Below, one piece after another: positions 61,336 to 64,000 of a stretch of 64,000 nt of DNA (position 1 is the stretch's first letter; every line of letters begins with the position of its first letter). Below the pieces are notes generated by a model that was not told the DNA's origin, did not search any database, and was given only the letters and a program-made list of their open reading frames with translations. The translations under genes were made by a program, and so were the position numbers. Source of the stretch: Daphnia carinata (lineage: Eukaryota); the NCBI RefSeq assembly GCF_022539665.2, contig NC_081334.1, positions 248,001-312,000 of the forward strand, read 5' to 3'.

Positions 61336-62570
61336 GGGATAGCGACGATTGCCCCCTTTAACAAATGCCCCCCCGGTTCTGCAACAGTTGCCCCCCGACT
61401 TTTGCCCCCCCCCCCTAACTAATGCCCCCTTAACTAATGCCCCCTATTCAACATAGCAATAGCCCCCCTTCCATATGCGATATGACAGACAATAAGTAAA
61501 ACAGGTTTTATTATTGTCTTCTGCGGGTACATCGTCGACTGGGAGGCGTAATTGGGGAATCACCGTCTGCTGACAGGTGACGGGGTACGTGAACGATACG
61601 GCGTGGGCGACTGGTTACAGGCGTTATTTCGGCTTCAGCCGAAGGATCATGATCATTGTCGGCTGGCTCGACTGTAGGAGAAGCGTGGTTAATTGCAGGC
61701 GCTCTAACAGTTCCAGCCAAGAATCGCCTTCTGGGTTGAATTGTTGCCCTTTCAGTCGAGTCGGCTTGGTTTTGTGTAATCAGCTGAAAATATAATTCAA
61801 CGCCATTAAGATAAATTATAAGTTACCAATTAAATGCGAACTTACGTCTGGCTCACTTAAATGACTGGATTTTTTTAGAAAATCCCGCATAGAGATGGAA
61901 CCCTCAATAAAATCCTTTTCGTTTTTTTATATGACCTCATTCCGTTTTCGCTGCGAAAGGGGTTGTCTTCTGGTTGTTCGTAGATTTTCTGACTCGGCTA
62001 GGTAATCACGAGCTTTAGAATCCTCTGCTTCCTTGATAAAATCTGAAAAATATGAATTGTTTAAATTCTCTTCCAGAATTGTACATATTAAATGCATTTC
62101 AAAATGTGCTAACGCCCACACTTACAGATGAAATCCCAAACATTAAGATGGGATTTTCCCATGCGGTCATTCAGCCACCGGTGCCACGATTCCACCAAAT
62201 TATTGGTCCGGTTCACCAGGCCAAAAACACTGAAAACTTGCGATGACCATGTTCTTCCTTTCATTTCAAAGCAATATAAATAAAAAAAATTCATTTAATT
62301 ATTTTATAGTTGTTGAATGCATTTCGCTATCTAAATATTTGGTTTAACAAATTTCTTCACACTGATACACCATGCACTTGGGTCCAGTCTTTAAGAAAGC
62401 AGAGAAATAAAGAAGCAACAAGCACAAAACAACTAACCTCAGGATGGAATCATCGCGGCGCCACCGGCTTTTACACCGGCTGTATTGCACTAAGCACTCC
62501 GCTATCATTAAAAATGATTTTGGATGCAGAAGCGAAGAGCAATTTCGGCATAAATCCATTTAATGTGTGG
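61336..62570 (-). mobile_element. Mutator-like (MULE) remnant: one end plus decayed transposase C-terminus
   Basis: RTNNLVESWHRWLNDRMGKSHLNVWDFI fits the MULE RTNNxxExxH motif. The end GGATAGCGACGATTGCCCCC is followed by repeated (A/T)TGCCCCC; the other TIR was not found. Confidence 0.7.
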
Positions 62571-62740
62571 CAATAGATTTTGTGCTATCACCAGGTTTAA
62601 CGTTGATCTACTGTTGGTGTGCCAAGGGATGGCATTGAGCAAATCTACCATCGCTTGAGAATACCCATGTCGCTATAGTTCATTGAAAACCTAAGAGAAT
62701 TTATTTTGCTGATGCCGCCATTGTAGTATACGGTAAAAGA

Positions 62741-63298
62741 GTTGAATCTTGTTCAAAAGAAACCTTTTCAATGACGAGCTGGACTGCCTTTTTGAATTCT
62801 GAGATATTCCCCATTATCAAAAGGGTGTCTAATGAATCAACCAAAGTAAGAGAGTAATTTCCAAGGACATCATTAATGTTGATATTAGATCTGTATAACA
62901 TTGAAATTTAACAACACAGTCATTTGATAAAGACTTAAAAAGATAATTCTGTTGCTTACGGATTATCATAGTCAGGACCTCTTCCATTGCAAAATATAGG
63001 ATTGAGCTCGTCCAAGGGAAAGGCAAGATTCATATTGTTACCATATCCAAAATAGAACATTTTTTGGGTTTCATTGACCATCTCTAGCCATAAGCTTTCT
63101 GGAAAATGTGAATATTTGAGCTGAAAATCTTCATTCCAATTCGCCAATGACGTCAAGCAAGGTTGGACTAAAGGCGATAAAATCATTGGTAGGATAAGAC
63201 ACGGACAAACGAAGGCACACGAGTTTCCTGTAACTCCAATCATTTCTTGTTTGCAGAATTGTTGACATGGCTATACAAGCTGCATTACGGTACTCCAT
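62741..63298 (-). pseudogene. EDEM1: ER degradation-enhancing alpha-mannosidase-like 1, 5' fragment
   Basis: [65 protein letters not shown], with intron 62891-62959. Homology stops after DST; frame disruption near the N-terminus. Confidence 0.85.
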
Positions 63299-63784
63299 GC
63301 CACGCATCCATTTGGTACTGGAAGGATTAAACGCAAATATACGGCAAAGGAAATCGAAATGAAAAGTAAGCGAAAGCCAGGCGGAGTTTAAGTTGACACT
63401 GTTCAAGATCTTATTGGTCAACCGACTTCTCTGTCAGTTCGTCAACACGAAAGTGTAAATACCAAATTCGTCTGCTGAAGGAATTTGAAGTGGCGTCAAG
63501 TTGCCAATTACACCGATGGAACCTTGGTGTATTAGCATGGTGTACAAGGAGGGTGACAGAACTCTTCGTTATAACGGCCTATCTCGGCTGAAGGCTATTT
63601 GTGGTCCAGGTTACCTATAGTGTACCTACTTGAAAAATTTTCTAAGTCCAAACAAGTGGACATGTACCATTAATAGAATGTGGAAGAAGTGAAAAAAAAT
63701 CTTGTTTATACTTGTTGCTTCTTAACAAAATAAAAATCAAAAAAACTTTGGCCATTTTACGTTAGGAAAGGAGAAAAAAGAATG

Positions 63785-63853
63785 ATTTTTACTGGGTTCT
63801 AACTCGAGACCCTCGTACTGCAATCGAGTATTCTATCCACTAGACCACTGTAC
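63785..63853 (-). other. Degenerate tRNA-like cassette (GCA loop)
   Basis: TGGTCTAGTGGATAGAATA-CTCGA-TTGCAGT-ACGAG-GGTC-TCGAGTTAGAACC followed by a T-run; acceptor stem not paired. Confidence 0.5.
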
Positions 63854-64000
63854 TTGTACAGGTTTTCTTACCGTGACGCTAGTATATCTCCTCCCTTGCC
63901 ATTCAGTGGTTGGCGAAGTTCCTAAGTAGTTCCGATGGTGGCGTTGGCTATAAGTCTCCTCAATTAGGCCACACCCACCCCTCTGAAAACAGGCTTCATT

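Overview
Eukaryotic, arthropod-type DNA. Short GT-AG introns and Tyr/Thr-rich 'YYTTKAPEYY' genes point to Daphnia or a related crustacean (inference). The window is a transposon-dense zone of broken, intron-retaining gene duplicates: three neuroglian (L1-family) segments, TRAPPC10 and EDEM1 pseudogenes, and four copies plus a fragment of a Tyr/Thr/Ala/Pro-repeat gene. Mobile elements include two decayed Gypsy LTR elements, solo LTRs, a head-to-tail Helitron array, CACTA-, P-, hAT- and Tc1/mariner-type non-autonomous elements, and a MULE remnant. The most unusual feature is a 6.7-kb TA-flanked TIR element that interrupts an otherwise intact Tyr/Thr gene. It carries 13 tandem ~357-bp units, each pairing the element's own TIR motif with a tRNA-like A-box/B-box cassette 53-56 nt away, and the module is mirrored in the other arm. 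A ~31.6-kb inversion splitting one neuroglian exon is also inferred.
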